From the NCBI GenBank assembly GCA_048882045.1, contig JBHLRZ010000045.1, positions 1-22,388 on the forward strand: a DNA stretch of 22,388 nt, read 5' to 3'. Shown piece after piece: positions 1-9,484 of the stretch. Source of the stretch: Candidatus Thorarchaeota archaeon (GTDB taxonomy: Archaea > Asgardarchaeota > Thorarchaeia > Thorarchaeales > Thorarchaeaceae). Each line of letters opens with the position of its first letter. Position 1 is the first letter of the stretch. The notes below the pieces were generated by a model, which worked only from the letters and a program-made list of their open reading frames with translations, ran no database searches and was not told where the DNA came from. A program made the position numbers and the translations under genes.

Positions 1-1284
1 CAAGCTCAAGGACGAACCATAGGATTGGCAATCTCAGGACTTGCAGGTGGTGCAATAGGGGGTTGGGAAATTGCTAAACAAAATGACATGGACCGAGTCA
101 TCACGCTGGATATGGGAGGGACCAGTTGCGATATCAGTGCAATTCATGGACAGATTGTGGTCAGACCAGATAATGAAGTTGGAGGACTACCGCTAAGAGT
201 ACCTTCAGTTGATGTAAAGACAATCGGAGCAGGAGGAGGAAGCATCGCATGGGTGGATGATGCTGGAATCTTGCATGTTGGCCCACAAAGTGCAGGTGCA
301 GTTCCAGGACCTGCTGCATATGGGACGGGAGGAGAACATGCCACAGTAACAGACGCGAATCTGATTCTAGGAAGACTCAATCCTGATTACTTTCTTGGTG
401 GTAGAGTTTCCCTTGATGTGGAAAAAACAAATTCTGCAATCGAGAATATCGCGTCCACTCTTCGAATGTCAATCCAAGAAAGTGCCCTTGGTATAATTAA
501 GATTTCAACAGCCAATATGGTCCAGGCTATCCGTGAGGTGACCGTGGAACGAGGCATAGACCCACGCGAGATGGTCCTGATACCATTTGGAGGAGCAGGA
601 CCGACACAAGCAGTCGATATTGCAGATGCACTCCGAATAGACCGAATTCTTGTCCCTCCGTATCCGGGAATCACTTCTGCAATGGGATTAGTATGTACTG
701 ATCTTCGAGTAGACCTTATGCAGACTTTACTGATTGGAGCATGTAGGGAGAATGAAACTCGTTTGCTCTCAGTTTTGAAGCAATTGTCTGCAGATGGAAG
801 ATCGAAACTAATAGACCAAGGTGCGGCATCAGGATTCAGGAACATCTGGAAAATCGATATGAGATATTCGGGTCAGTCCCATGAACTGATTGTGGACATC
901 CCATACGAATGCGATGACCTAGTTTCTGAATCTATCAAAAGGTTTGAGGACCTCCATGATGACTCATACGGGTATAAACTGCCAGAGCGAGATATTGAAT
1001 GGGTAACAGCTAGAGCTGAGGTTGTAGCAGTTTCGGAGGATTTCAAGACACTCAGATATACAGAGACAACAGTAGCAGAACCCGTTGCTCTCAGGCGAGT
1101 GCTAATGAATGATGGCACATATCAGAAGTCGAAGATCTATAGAAGATGGGAGTTAGCTGTAGATCAGATTGTGACTGGGCCATCGATCATTGAACAACTT
1201 GATACAACCACATACATAGGACAAGATTGGTCAGCTGAACAGAAGGCCAATGGAGCTCTCTTGATGAGGAGGAATGAGCATTGA
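1..1284 (+). CDS. Hydantoinase A / 5-oxoprolinase subunit (ATP-dependent), 5'-truncated by the window edge
   Basis: Frame is open from base 1 (QAQGRTIGLAISGLAGG). Family motifs DMGGTSCD, IGAGGGSIA, GPQSAGAVPGPAAY, TVTDANLILG, FGGAGP, DMRYSGQSHE, GPSIIEQLDTT. Confidence 0.92.
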   Translation, partial: QAQGRTIGLAISGLAGGAIGGWEIAKQNDMDRVITLDMGGTSCDISAIHGQIVVRPDNEVGGLPLRVPSVDVKTIGAGGGSIAWVDDAGILHVGPQSAGAVPGPAAYGTGGEHATVTDANLILGRLNPDYFLGGRVSLDVEKTNSAIENIASTLRMSIQESALGIIKISTANMVQAIREVTVERGIDPREMVLIPFGGAGPTQAVDIADALRIDRILVPPYPGITSAMGLVCTDLRVDLMQTLLIGACRENETRLLSVLKQLSADGRSKLIDQGAASGFRNIWKIDMRYSGQSHELIVDIPYECDDLVSESIKRFEDLHDDSYGYKLPERDIEWVTARAEVVAVSEDFKTLRYTETTVAEPVALRRVLMNDGTYQKSKIYRRWELAVDQIVTGPSIIEQLDTTTYIGQDWSAEQKANGALLMRRNEH

Positions 1285-2858
1285 TTGAAGATCCTATATC
1301 ATTCGAAGTCATCAAGAACGCACTCATCTCCTGTTCGAGAGAGATGAGTCAAGCCCTCAGACAAACCGCTTTCAGTCCGAACATCAAAGAACGCAGGGAT
1401 TGTAGCTGCGCAATATTCGATAGTGAAGGGAAACTTGTCGCACAGAGTAAGGATATACCTGTTCATCTAGGAGCTATGCCGATGTCTGTAAAAACCTGCA
1501 TTAATAAGCTCAACCATGAACTCGTTGATGGTTCAATGGCTTTGGTGAATGATCCATACTCAGGAGGTTCACATCTTCCGGACCTCACACTTGTCGCTCC
1601 AATCTTCTCAAGAGGAGAGAGAGTAGCTTTCACAGCAAACAGGGCTCATCATGCTGATATCGGTGGGGAGAGTCCTGGTTCCATGCCAGGGTTATCAACA
1701 TCTATTCATGAAGAAGGAGTTCTGATTAGACCAAGGATAGTGGGAAAGGACTTTCTCCTTAAGAAGAATTTAGTGAAGGATGTCTTGTCTGAAACAAGAA
1801 CACCGGATGAAAGACTCGGAGACCTTTCAGCTCAGGTTGCAGCGAATAATGTTGGAAGGAAAAGGTTGGCTGAAGTGGCAGAAACCTTTGGCTGGGAAAA
1901 ACTAACTAGCTCTTTCACTGATCTTCGACAGTATTCCACCCATATGATGAAACAGGCAATCTTGACCTATTACAGGAAGAGTGCGGATTTCACCGATTAT
2001 CTAGATAGTGATGGGGCAGGCAATTGGAATATCAACATCTCAGTCAAGATAGCAATTGAGGAAGGTGGAGTACAAGTAGACTTTGAGGGAACCTCAGAAC
2101 AGGTTTCAGGCAATGTGAACTGTCCTTTAGCATCAACACTATCCTCGGTCTATTACGTGTTTATCGCGTTGTTTGGACAAGACATTCCAGTGAATGAAGG
2201 ATGTTGGAGTGTGATTAATGTCAGAGTTCCGGAAGGCTCACTTCTCAATCCAAGATATCCAGCGGCTGTTTCCGCAGGCAATGTTGAAACTTCCCAAAGG
2301 ATTGTTGACACGACCCTTGGAGCTTTAGCAAAGATTGTGCCGGATAGGGTTCCTGCTGCAAGTCAGGGCACAATGAACAACTTGACTATTGGAGGGATAG
2401 ATCCACGTAATGGTTCGATGTTCTCCTTTTATGAAACCATTGGTGGTGGAGCAGGAGCTAGAAAAGGCATGGATGGAGCAAGTGGTATCCACACCCATAT
2501 GACAAACACCCTAAACACTCCGATCGAGTCACTTGAAACGGAGTATCCGCTCATTGTTCGTCGGTACTCCATCAGAAGAGGAACTGGTGGGAAGGGAAAA
2601 TGGGTAGGTGGTGATGGAATCGTTCGAGAGATTGAAGTCCTTTCAGATAGATGTACAATCTCAATCCAATCTGAGAGAAGAATGTCTGCACCATGGGGAC
2701 TCGGAGGTGGAGAGGACGGAGAAACAGGTAGGAATTTCCTGATGCTTGATCAGAGGGCCCATTCACTTGAGGCCAAGTCAACCATAGTGGTTCCAAAGGG
2801 TACTATTGTGAAGATTGAGACCCCAGGGGGAGGAGGATATGGACCTCCTCCTACCTAA
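1281..2858 (+). CDS. Hydantoinase B / 5-oxoprolinase subunit
   Basis: Motifs SPNIKERRDCSCA, PVHLGAM, NDPYSGGSHLPD, HHADIGG, YETIGGG, HTHMTNTLNTPIE, TPGGGGYG. TTG start overlaps the upstream TGA; SD GAGGAGG upstream. Confidence 0.93.
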   Translation: MIEDPISFEVIKNALISCSREMSQALRQTAFSPNIKERRDCSCAIFDSEGKLVAQSKDIPVHLGAMPMSVKTCINKLNHELVDGSMALVNDPYSGGSHLPDLTLVAPIFSRGERVAFTANRAHHADIGGESPGSMPGLSTSIHEEGVLIRPRIVGKDFLLKKNLVKDVLSETRTPDERLGDLSAQVAANNVGRKRLAEVAETFGWEKLTSSFTDLRQYSTHMMKQAILTYYRKSADFTDYLDSDGAGNWNINISVKIAIEEGGVQVDFEGTSEQVSGNVNCPLASTLSSVYYVFIALFGQDIPVNEGCWSVINVRVPEGSLLNPRYPAAVSAGNVETSQRIVDTTLGALAKIVPDRVPAASQGTMNNLTIGGIDPRNGSMFSFYETIGGGAGARKGMDGASGIHTHMTNTLNTPIESLETEYPLIVRRYSIRRGTGGKGKWVGGDGIVREIEVLSDRCTISIQSERRMSAPWGLGGGEDGETGRNFLMLDQRAHSLEAKSTIVVPKGTIVKIETPGGGGYGPPPT

Positions 2859-2871
2859 AAGCAGGGTACAT

Positions 2872-3606
2872 CTATACTTTCACAGAAACCGATCCATTCA
2901 CTGCGTTAATCTTGAGTGTCTGGGACTGAGCTCCTGCTTTGACTGTCACATAATAAATTGGGACATAGTACCCCTCGAGTTTCTTGAAGGAAAGTGAGTG
3001 TGATGTCACGCGTTTGGCCCCGGATGGTTTTTGACCTGCCATCTTAGAAACTGCTTTGACCACCTTCTCAAGACTGTTGAATTTTCCTGGAGAAATCTTG
3101 TTTTTACTGATCCATGCAGCACTGGCGCTCTTCTTTCCAGGACCTTTCAGTAGTGTTTCCATTGCTCTAGCTGGTCCACCTGTTCTTCCATCAAGAACCA
3201 TACCATCATTTCGTTTGATTTCGAATAGTTCAATCATATCGACCTTGATTGAATGAAAGTCTCCTTTTTTCTTCGGAATGTAAACTTCCTTTCCTATGAG
3301 AGTCCCCTTTACCTGCTCCGTGACTCCGATTTCTTGGGGACGCAGCCTCAAGAACTTGATGTCAAGCTCTGCATCATAGGAGCAATAGAAGTCGTACTTG
3401 ATTGAAGGTTTACCAACTGTAACTTCTGATACTCCAAGGATGTCTGGTCCATCAGTTCCAGCAATCTTTTTTGCTTTTTCAGGTTTAATCTTGATTCCAA
3501 AGTAATAGAGCTTCCTCTTGGAGTCAACTTTCATTTTTGCATTTGCACCAGTCACCTTGAACATCGAAGGCGAGATGGCAGCCTTCTTCTTCTTCTTCTT
3601 TGCCAT
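2872..3606 (-). CDS. Basic hypothetical protein with two similar halves (ends ...VLDGRTG / ...INAVNG)
   Basis: 244-aa ORF filling the gap between the hydantoinase B gene and gltX, co-oriented with gltX. Poly-Lys N-terminus. No family recognised with confidence. Confidence 0.75.
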   Translation of the reverse strand: MAKKKKKKAAISPSMFKVTGANAKMKVDSKRKLYYFGIKIKPEKAKKIAGTDGPDILGVSEVTVGKPSIKYDFYCSYDAELDIKFLRLRPQEIGVTEQVKGTLIGKEVYIPKKKGDFHSIKVDMIELFEIKRNDGMVLDGRTGGPARAMETLLKGPGKKSASAAWISKNKISPGKFNSLEKVVKAVSKMAGQKPSGAKRVTSHSLSFKKLEGYYVPIYYVTVKAGAQSQTLKINAVNGSVSVKV

Positions 3607-3658
3607 GGCGAACCACTAATTTGACAGTGTACAGCTAGCTATAAGTTCTCTTTGGCCG

Positions 3659-5395
3659 CTACTTATGAGCGAATGATGCTTTCACTGGATCACCAGTGTC
3701 GTAAATCTTGGCAAATCCAACCCTTTCGAACTGTAGAAATGTACCTTCCTTCAGTTCAGTAATTCCTGGTTCGCCCAATCCGGTTTCAACCGACCCATCA
3801 ATCATTGTCAGCTCCATAGGTATGGACTTCTCTTTTGGAATCCAGTGGATTATAGAACCTCCAACCTTTCTAATTTCATCAACATCATCGCTATGATACA
3901 ACAACTCAACAGGTTTGAGACCCGTTACCGTGAAGTTTGCGTAATCCTTCAGGCGGACTAGACTACCTTTCTTCATTTTCTCAATATCATTCTGCGTGAG
4001 ACCAACTATGCCAGACCCATCGCGCAGACCAAGTGGAATCGTTCTGACCCCTTGTTTTGGAAAGTCCGGGTGGACGGGAACCTCAGCTATTGTAATGTTA
4101 TGGGGAACACCCGATGTTTCAGTCCATTCTGGGTCTCTCACGAAGAATGCTCTGGGCGCATATGCATCTCTCAGTTTTCTGTTCTCGGAATAAACTGACT
4201 TCATGGATATGGTTATGTCAACAACGCTGAGTCCAAGGTCCAACATCACTTTACGAAGAGCCCTCTGGTCAATCCCTCGCTTCTTCAACGATTGCATACT
4301 CCATGTCCGTGGGTCATCCCAACCTGTGTACTTGCCAGAAAGGACCTCAGCACGCGACTTACTTTTACTCAGTTTTGCATCCGCGAACTTGAGGCGACCA
4401 TAATAGAGGAGCTCCGGTTCCCTCCATCCATAGATACGCCAGATGTGTTGTTCGATCTTTCCCTCTTTCACAAGGTCCTTACCACGTACTATATGGGATA
4501 TTCCTAGTTCATGATCATCAATACCCCAAGAATACTCGAGTAAAGGCCATACTCGATACTTTGAACCAACTCGAGGATGTTCTGTTTCAGAAATTCTTAG
4601 AATCACATGATCCCGCATTGCAGGGTCAGGATCAGTCATGCCTGTCTTTAGACGGACTGCTGCAGCTCTTTCAGGATATGTCCCGTCAAGCATCTTCTCC
4701 CATCTAGCTAGATTGTCTTCGACTGGGAGACCCTGACATAGACAAGGGATACCCTTTGCCTTGTGTTCAGTCCTCCAGATGTTTGCGTCACAGTCACACA
4801 CATATGCCTCTTTCTTCTTAATCAAGTCTACAGCATAGTCATAGAAGAGCTGGAGGCGGTCTGACTTGTAGATGGTCTTGTGAACCTTTACATCCAGATA
4901 GTCAAGACTTTCCGGAATGAGGTCGAAAGCATCAGGCTCAACGACCTTCTCAGCAGAACCAATCGTGTCATCAAAAACCAATATGAGCTCCCCTTTATAC
5001 CGCTTGACATAATAATCATTCAGAATCACCATCCTGGAGTTGCCTACATGAAGCGGGCCTGATGGAAACGGAGCCAAGCGCATTACAATCTTTTTCCACT
5101 TGTCTGCATTGGGCAACTCGGGAGGTTCCTTTTCCTCAGTCGGTTCAATCACGTCTGGGATTTCGAAGAGTTCAGGAGCAATTTGTTTTAGTTCAGTAAT
5201 CTGATCATCAAGTGGAATTTTGCTGACTTCATTGACGATCTTTTCGACTAGTTTCTTCACTTCTTCAGCCTTTGGTCGAAGATCAGCCCTAGAACCGAGG
5301 ATTGCACTCATGACAGATTTGGCACTAGGTTTCCCTTCATACTTGACCGCATTATCCAATACAGCCTTTCGAACCTCGAGTTCAAGATTGTCCAT
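3659..5395 (-). CDS. gltX: Glutamyl-tRNA synthetase (archaeal type)
   Basis: RLAPFPSGPLHVGN (HIGH-like), FDDT, YVCDC, DHELGISHIVRGKD, KLSKS (KMSKS), GWDDPR, QFERVGF. Start set at ATG 5395 (MDNLE) because GGAGCTGA lies just upstream. Confidence 0.96.
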   Translation of the reverse strand: MDNLELEVRKAVLDNAVKYEGKPSAKSVMSAILGSRADLRPKAEEVKKLVEKIVNEVSKIPLDDQITELKQIAPELFEIPDVIEPTEEKEPPELPNADKWKKIVMRLAPFPSGPLHVGNSRMVILNDYYVKRYKGELILVFDDTIGSAEKVVEPDAFDLIPESLDYLDVKVHKTIYKSDRLQLFYDYAVDLIKKKEAYVCDCDANIWRTEHKAKGIPCLCQGLPVEDNLARWEKMLDGTYPERAAAVRLKTGMTDPDPAMRDHVILRISETEHPRVGSKYRVWPLLEYSWGIDDHELGISHIVRGKDLVKEGKIEQHIWRIYGWREPELLYYGRLKFADAKLSKSKSRAEVLSGKYTGWDDPRTWSMQSLKKRGIDQRALRKVMLDLGLSVVDITISMKSVYSENRKLRDAYAPRAFFVRDPEWTETSGVPHNITIAEVPVHPDFPKQGVRTIPLGLRDGSGIVGLTQNDIEKMKKGSLVRLKDYANFTVTGLKPVELLYHSDDVDEIRKVGGSIIHWIPKEKSIPMELTMIDGSVETGLGEPGITELKEGTFLQFERVGFAKIYDTGDPVKASFAHK

Positions 5396-5533
5396 TGAAT
5401 CAGCTCCATTTGGATTGCCGACCCACTTCATTTAACTTTGACTGGCTGAACGGAAAAAAGTTCACCACGGAGATGCTTATATGGCAATTTTGGGGGTTCG
5501 TAATAAGAGAACATTGTCTTAGGTGCGCGAATC

Positions 5534-5824
5534 GTGTCTGAGTTGAAGTGTTGTAAGAGATGTGGTGCTTTTCTGACATGTACCACAAAGGGCGAGTGTT
5601 GTCCTGAGTGTGAATACTTCGACCCTGTTGACAATATTTGTATGGCGATTCCTAAGAGGAAGAAGTCAAAGCAGGACAGTTTTGATGACGAACCAGATGA
5701 GATAGATCCTGACACGTACCTCTTCGAAGACGATGATGAAGATGAGGATTTATCAGACCTTCCTCCAGAGCGTGAGGAGGAAGAGGATGATGATTTTGAT
5801 TTTGATGATGATGACGATTGGTAG
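5534..5824 (+). CDS. Small Cys-rich (zinc-binding) protein with a highly acidic C-terminal tail
   Basis: CCKRC...C...CCPEC...C cluster followed by a D/E-rich tail. GTG start with AGGTG SD at 5521-5525. Confidence 0.75.
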   Translation: MSELKCCKRCGAFLTCTTKGECCPECEYFDPVDNICMAIPKRKKSKQDSFDDEPDEIDPDTYLFEDDDEDEDLSDLPPEREEEEDDDFDFDDDDDW

Positions 5825-5825
5825 T

Positions 5826-6605
5826 TCAAGGTAGATTGATGAAATATAATCCCATAAATGCAATTGCAATCATTACCAAAAGTGACGCATTTCCAACCAA
5901 CCAGTTCCGGGCATTCTTTTGACTGATTTTGATAGGACCAAGTGGCTTTAGACCTGTTGGAGCTTTGTGATATGGATCTGCTGCTATCCAGAGGATTTCG
6001 AGTGGATTAGAATCACTCGGAAATATGTCCAAGTAGAGATGAGAAGCATATCCCAACAGGTATAACGCAGCAATATAGTACTCTACTTTAGCCCCTATAT
6101 CACCTATACTTCCAGCATTGGCCAGAGCAGTTGCTATATTAATCATAGTTGTGAGTATTACAAGAAGGGGAAGTATAACTGAATGGAAAATGATGTTCCG
6201 ATGTCTTGAGATTCCGAGAAACGGGATGTCCCAATCAGGCATGAGTGCACCAGCTACAGTGATGACCCCTCCAATAAAGACAGAGATGCCGCCTATGACT
6301 GCAATACCTGTTGACAGTTGATAGAAAACTGCGCCAGCAAGTGAGCCGATGCAGAAGGCGACAAAGAACATGGCACTCACTGCACTTCGATTACTCGTGG
6401 TCCTTGCATGCATGTCCTTGTTTGGAGCTTTCCAATAGAGAATTGGTACAGATACAACACTCACTGCAATACCCCCTGCAACATAATAGAATAGGAGGTC
6501 AGTTAGTGATCCTGCGGTGTCTTCAAAAACTGTGAAAGCATAGATGAGTGTATAGAGCCCAACGAACAATGCAAAAGCAAACATAATGTGTGAAAGTCGA
6601 TTCAT
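5826..6605 (-). CDS. Membrane-bound metal-dependent hydrolase (YdjM-like)
   Basis: Multiple hydrophobic segments plus the family's metal-ligand motifs: N-terminal SH, PDWD, HR...FHS, GYASHLYLD. Confidence 0.78.
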   Translation of the reverse strand: MNRLSHIMFAFALFVGLYTLIYAFTVFEDTAGSLTDLLFYYVAGGIAVSVVSVPILYWKAPNKDMHARTTSNRSAVSAMFFVAFCIGSLAGAVFYQLSTGIAVIGGISVFIGGVITVAGALMPDWDIPFLGISRHRNIIFHSVILPLLVILTTMINIATALANAGSIGDIGAKVEYYIAALYLLGYASHLYLDIFPSDSNPLEILWIAADPYHKAPTGLKPLGPIKISQKNARNWLVGNASLLVMIAIAFMGLYFINLP

Positions 6606-6653
6606 CTTCTGACCTCATGTCCTGACTGCATCAAAGGCAGAACTTCATCTATC

Positions 6654-8966
6654 TTATTTCTTTCCTCTCAGACCTGGAAACCAGTATTGGGTACTTTTGG
6701 AGTAGCTCTTCTGTTCCTTCGCGACTCCGTTTGATATCAGAAGCTCCAATGCGTTTCTTACTCTTTCCTCTTTCCAGCCAAGGTTGACTACTGCGTCTTC
6801 AATACTCAGGCGACCATCTTTCGTTGCGGCCAGGCTGAGTATCTCTTGGGGATCATCAGTCAAGGCGACTGGAACGAATTCAACCATGCGAGCTCCACCT
6901 TCCATGGTTGATAGTCCCTGAATCAGTCCCTCCTTTTCCATATCTTCTAAGAGGTCTTCTATCTCATCCGAATGAGTTCCCCATCCACTCTCATCCAAAC
7001 GTACCAAGAGTTCAGAGAATAGCATAATTCCGCCAAACTGCTTTGAATCGGCTGCCATCCTTAGGATATCGCGCCTCAAACCATCTGTTCTATCATCGCG
7101 CTTGAGTAATCTTTTAACCATCCCTGACTTCTTTTTGGCTTCTGCAATCCAAGACTCCGGCTCATAACCAAGTTCTGTCAAGAGCTCGACAAGGGCGGTT
7201 CGATAAGCGGGGATACTCAAAATAGTGCTCCCCTGATTCTCAAAGACTTCCCAGAGTCGTTCTCTAATCGAGTCCAAGCGTCTCGATCTATCTACTAATT
7301 CATCGAGTCGAACTGCAATCTGGTCTTCATGTGAGAGGGAATTGACAATTATTGGGATGGCCACATTACTTGTGGAAGTCAAGGTAAATTCAATCGTCTT
7401 ATCGAAGTATCCAGGGGCTACTACAACTCCTTCATAGTTGCTCATCGGTAATGAAACAACAATAGACCCTTTACTGTCAGATTTGGCTTGTAGAACTCCC
7501 AAGTCTAGTTCAGCATTTTCTAATGGTCTTCCGGCTTCATCCTGAATTTGAAACCTAACCCTACATAATGACTCGTCCGAGGTCACAGTCAGTTTTCTTC
7601 GCTTCAACTTGATCTTAGTTTCAGGAATTCCTGAGATGAGATCTTCAAGCTCTTTGATTAGTGGACGTTTGACTAGTCCATCTCCAAGGAGTGCTTTAGA
7701 ACCTTCCAGAATAGCTTCACGAGCCTCTTTAACTGACAACAAGTTATGAGTTTGAGACGAATCTCTGAGGAACTTCCTTAGAGCTACATCATTGTTTGCA
7801 CGTTCGCTAAGTAATGAAGCGACTGCACCGATTGCTCTGGTTGGAGTTTCAAACTCGTCAACGAAATCTCGCCGGCGACTCACTTTATCCCCCGTACTAA
7901 CCATCTGTGAGAGTGTGTAAATCTCGATTCCAAGTTGTCCTTTCTTCGAGAATCCAGCGAGGAAAAAGGGAATCATTATGAGAGTGCCTTTTGCATCTGA
8001 GTTTACAACAGAAAGTGGAACAGACAAGTCAGTCAGACTAGAAATCTGTTCCTGAATAGTTTTGTTAGCTGCTTGAACCTCGGCAAAGAAACCATCACGC
8101 TCCACTAGAAGTTCACGTGCTGAATCTTGAATATCAGCGAGGATTTCGTTTCGTTTGTCCTCATCTCGTTTGAGAGCCATCTTGCGAGATTCAATTGTAT
8201 TCCTAATTTCCTTGATTCTTGCTTTCTTCTTGTCTGAGGATGAAGTTTCTACAACCTTTAGTTCGGATTCCAGTTCGACAATCTGTTTCTCTAGAGATGC
8301 AATCCTTAGGTTCAATCGGGAAAGTGTTGGTGCAGATGTAGTTTCCTTGACACCTACTGTGTCCTCGACTCTAGTATTGATTATTTCTACGAGCTCAGAA
8401 ATAAGGTCATCAACTGAACTAATCACATCAACAGTTTCTCGCAGCAACTCTATAGATCTCATGAACTCCTTCTCTCCAAGGAGTCCGGATAGAGGAACTG
8501 CAAAATTCTCTATGCTGTTTCCCAGAGGTCTCTCGAGGAGCTGAGCTACTCCTCTTGACATCAGGCCACTCATCAGACCTAAGAGTGTTGAACGACTCGT
8601 ATTACGGAATGGAGTGATGATCTTTCGAGCACACTTGATTCCTTCCAGAAGATCACCAGTTCTCAAATCATCAAATGCAGAAGTGGCGTCGAACTTGCTA
8701 TGATGAGTCAATGATTCACTAGTAAGACCAAACAGCTCAACAAGAAAACTACGATTCTCAAATGGAGCAGGGACAATTACTACAGGCAGGTAACATTTGA
8801 GCATAAACTCGAGATCTCTACCATCTCTCTGCTCAATTGCTCGCATCACCATTCCAGCCATTACATAGTCTTCTGGGACAGCCTGTTCCATTGGCTGGCC
8901 TCCTGACAACTGGAGTCGCCTCGTAGCTGTTGCAGGTACAATGAGATTCCAGCGTTCAAAGTCCAT
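6654..8966 (-). CDS. Multidomain protein: N-terminal alpha/beta region with inserted coiled coil, beta-sandwich (carboxypeptidase-regulatory-like) domain, C-terminal EAP30/Vps22 (ESCRT-II)-like tandem winged helices
   Basis: C-terminus (PAYRTALVELLTELGYEP...GGIMLFSELL...FVPVALTDDPQEILSLA...NLGWKEERVRNALELLISNG...YWFPGL) follows the Snf8/Vps22 pattern. Heptad region about 8030-8400. QDEAGRPLENA...SDSKG...APGY beta-sandwich about 7340-7570. Start is ATG 8966 or ATG 8891 (GGAGG SD); the track's 9209 start overlaps the divergent gene. Confidence 0.8.
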   Translation of the reverse strand: MDFERWNLIVPATATRRLQLSGGQPMEQAVPEDYVMAGMVMRAIEQRDGRDLEFMLKCYLPVVIVPAPFENRSFLVELFGLTSESLTHHSKFDATSAFDDLRTGDLLEGIKCARKIITPFRNTSRSTLLGLMSGLMSRGVAQLLERPLGNSIENFAVPLSGLLGEKEFMRSIELLRETVDVISSVDDLISELVEIINTRVEDTVGVKETTSAPTLSRLNLRIASLEKQIVELESELKVVETSSSDKKKARIKEIRNTIESRKMALKRDEDKRNEILADIQDSARELLVERDGFFAEVQAANKTIQEQISSLTDLSVPLSVVNSDAKGTLIMIPFFLAGFSKKGQLGIEIYTLSQMVSTGDKVSRRRDFVDEFETPTRAIGAVASLLSERANNDVALRKFLRDSSQTHNLLSVKEAREAILEGSKALLGDGLVKRPLIKELEDLISGIPETKIKLKRRKLTVTSDESLCRVRFQIQDEAGRPLENAELDLGVLQAKSDSKGSIVVSLPMSNYEGVVVAPGYFDKTIEFTLTSTSNVAIPIIVNSLSHEDQIAVRLDELVDRSRRLDSIRERLWEVFENQGSTILSIPAYRTALVELLTELGYEPESWIAEAKKKSGMVKRLLKRDDRTDGLRRDILRMAADSKQFGGIMLFSELLVRLDESGWGTHSDEIEDLLEDMEKEGLIQGLSTMEGGARMVEFVPVALTDDPQEILSLAATKDGRLSIEDAVVNLGWKEERVRNALELLISNGVAKEQKSYSKSTQYWFPGLRGKK

Positions 8967-9066
8967 GGTGATACCTATGTTGAAGTCATGGGAACGCTTT
9001 TCATACTTTCTTATGGAGAATCCATTATCAATTTGAACGCGCCTGACAACCTGAGGAGTGAACGAA

Positions 9067-9414
9067 GTGAAAAGAGATGATCCAATTCTTCTACCAATCT
9101 GTAGTAAATGCAGGAAATACAAAGGAGTCGGATCATGCAACTGTAACGGTTCATCTGAGATGAAGAGCATTGTTACCAAATGTAGCCTGTGTGACAACGC
9201 AACTATCATCGAATGTGTGAGATGTGGTCAAGGATTCTGTCAGGTTCATGGATGGGAGGAAATTACAGGGCGCCTAACAAAATGGGACCAACGAATCGGA
9301 ACCTGTACAATCTGCAATCAATCAGTTTGCGAGAACTGCTGGCTTCTCGAGGATGATGGAAAAATAACATGTTTAGTCCATCATGAAGGACCTCCACATG
9401 ACTTAGAAGAGTGA
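9067..9414 (+). CDS. Zinc-finger protein with B-box-like Cys/His motifs
   Basis: CSKC...CNC, CSLC...CVRC...FCQVH, CTIC...VCENC...CLVHH. GTG 9067 lies 8 nt after GAGGAG; GTG 9058 is an alternative start. Confidence 0.78.
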   Translation: MKRDDPILLPICSKCRKYKGVGSCNCNGSSEMKSIVTKCSLCDNATIIECVRCGQGFCQVHGWEEITGRLTKWDQRIGTCTICNQSVCENCWLLEDDGKITCLVHHEGPPHDLEE

Positions 9415-9484
9415 ATTCAACCGCACCAATACATAACGGTCAAACATTTATGGACAAGCGTAACCTCAGATTATGTGGCGAGCC

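Noticed and set aside
25-60. SGLAGG instead of the usual SGPAGG in hydantoinase A, as a sign of inactivation
   Set aside because: Single substitution with all other motifs and the partner gene intact. Not enough to call a pseudogene.
5428-5829. Ser-rich 133-aa - strand ORF
   Set aside because: Antisense shadow of the GAT/GAA-rich acidic tail of 5534-5824.
8967-9209. N-terminal extension of the 851-aa ORF
   Set aside because: Overlaps the divergent zinc-finger gene and lacks an SD. ATG 8966 or 8891 is a better start.
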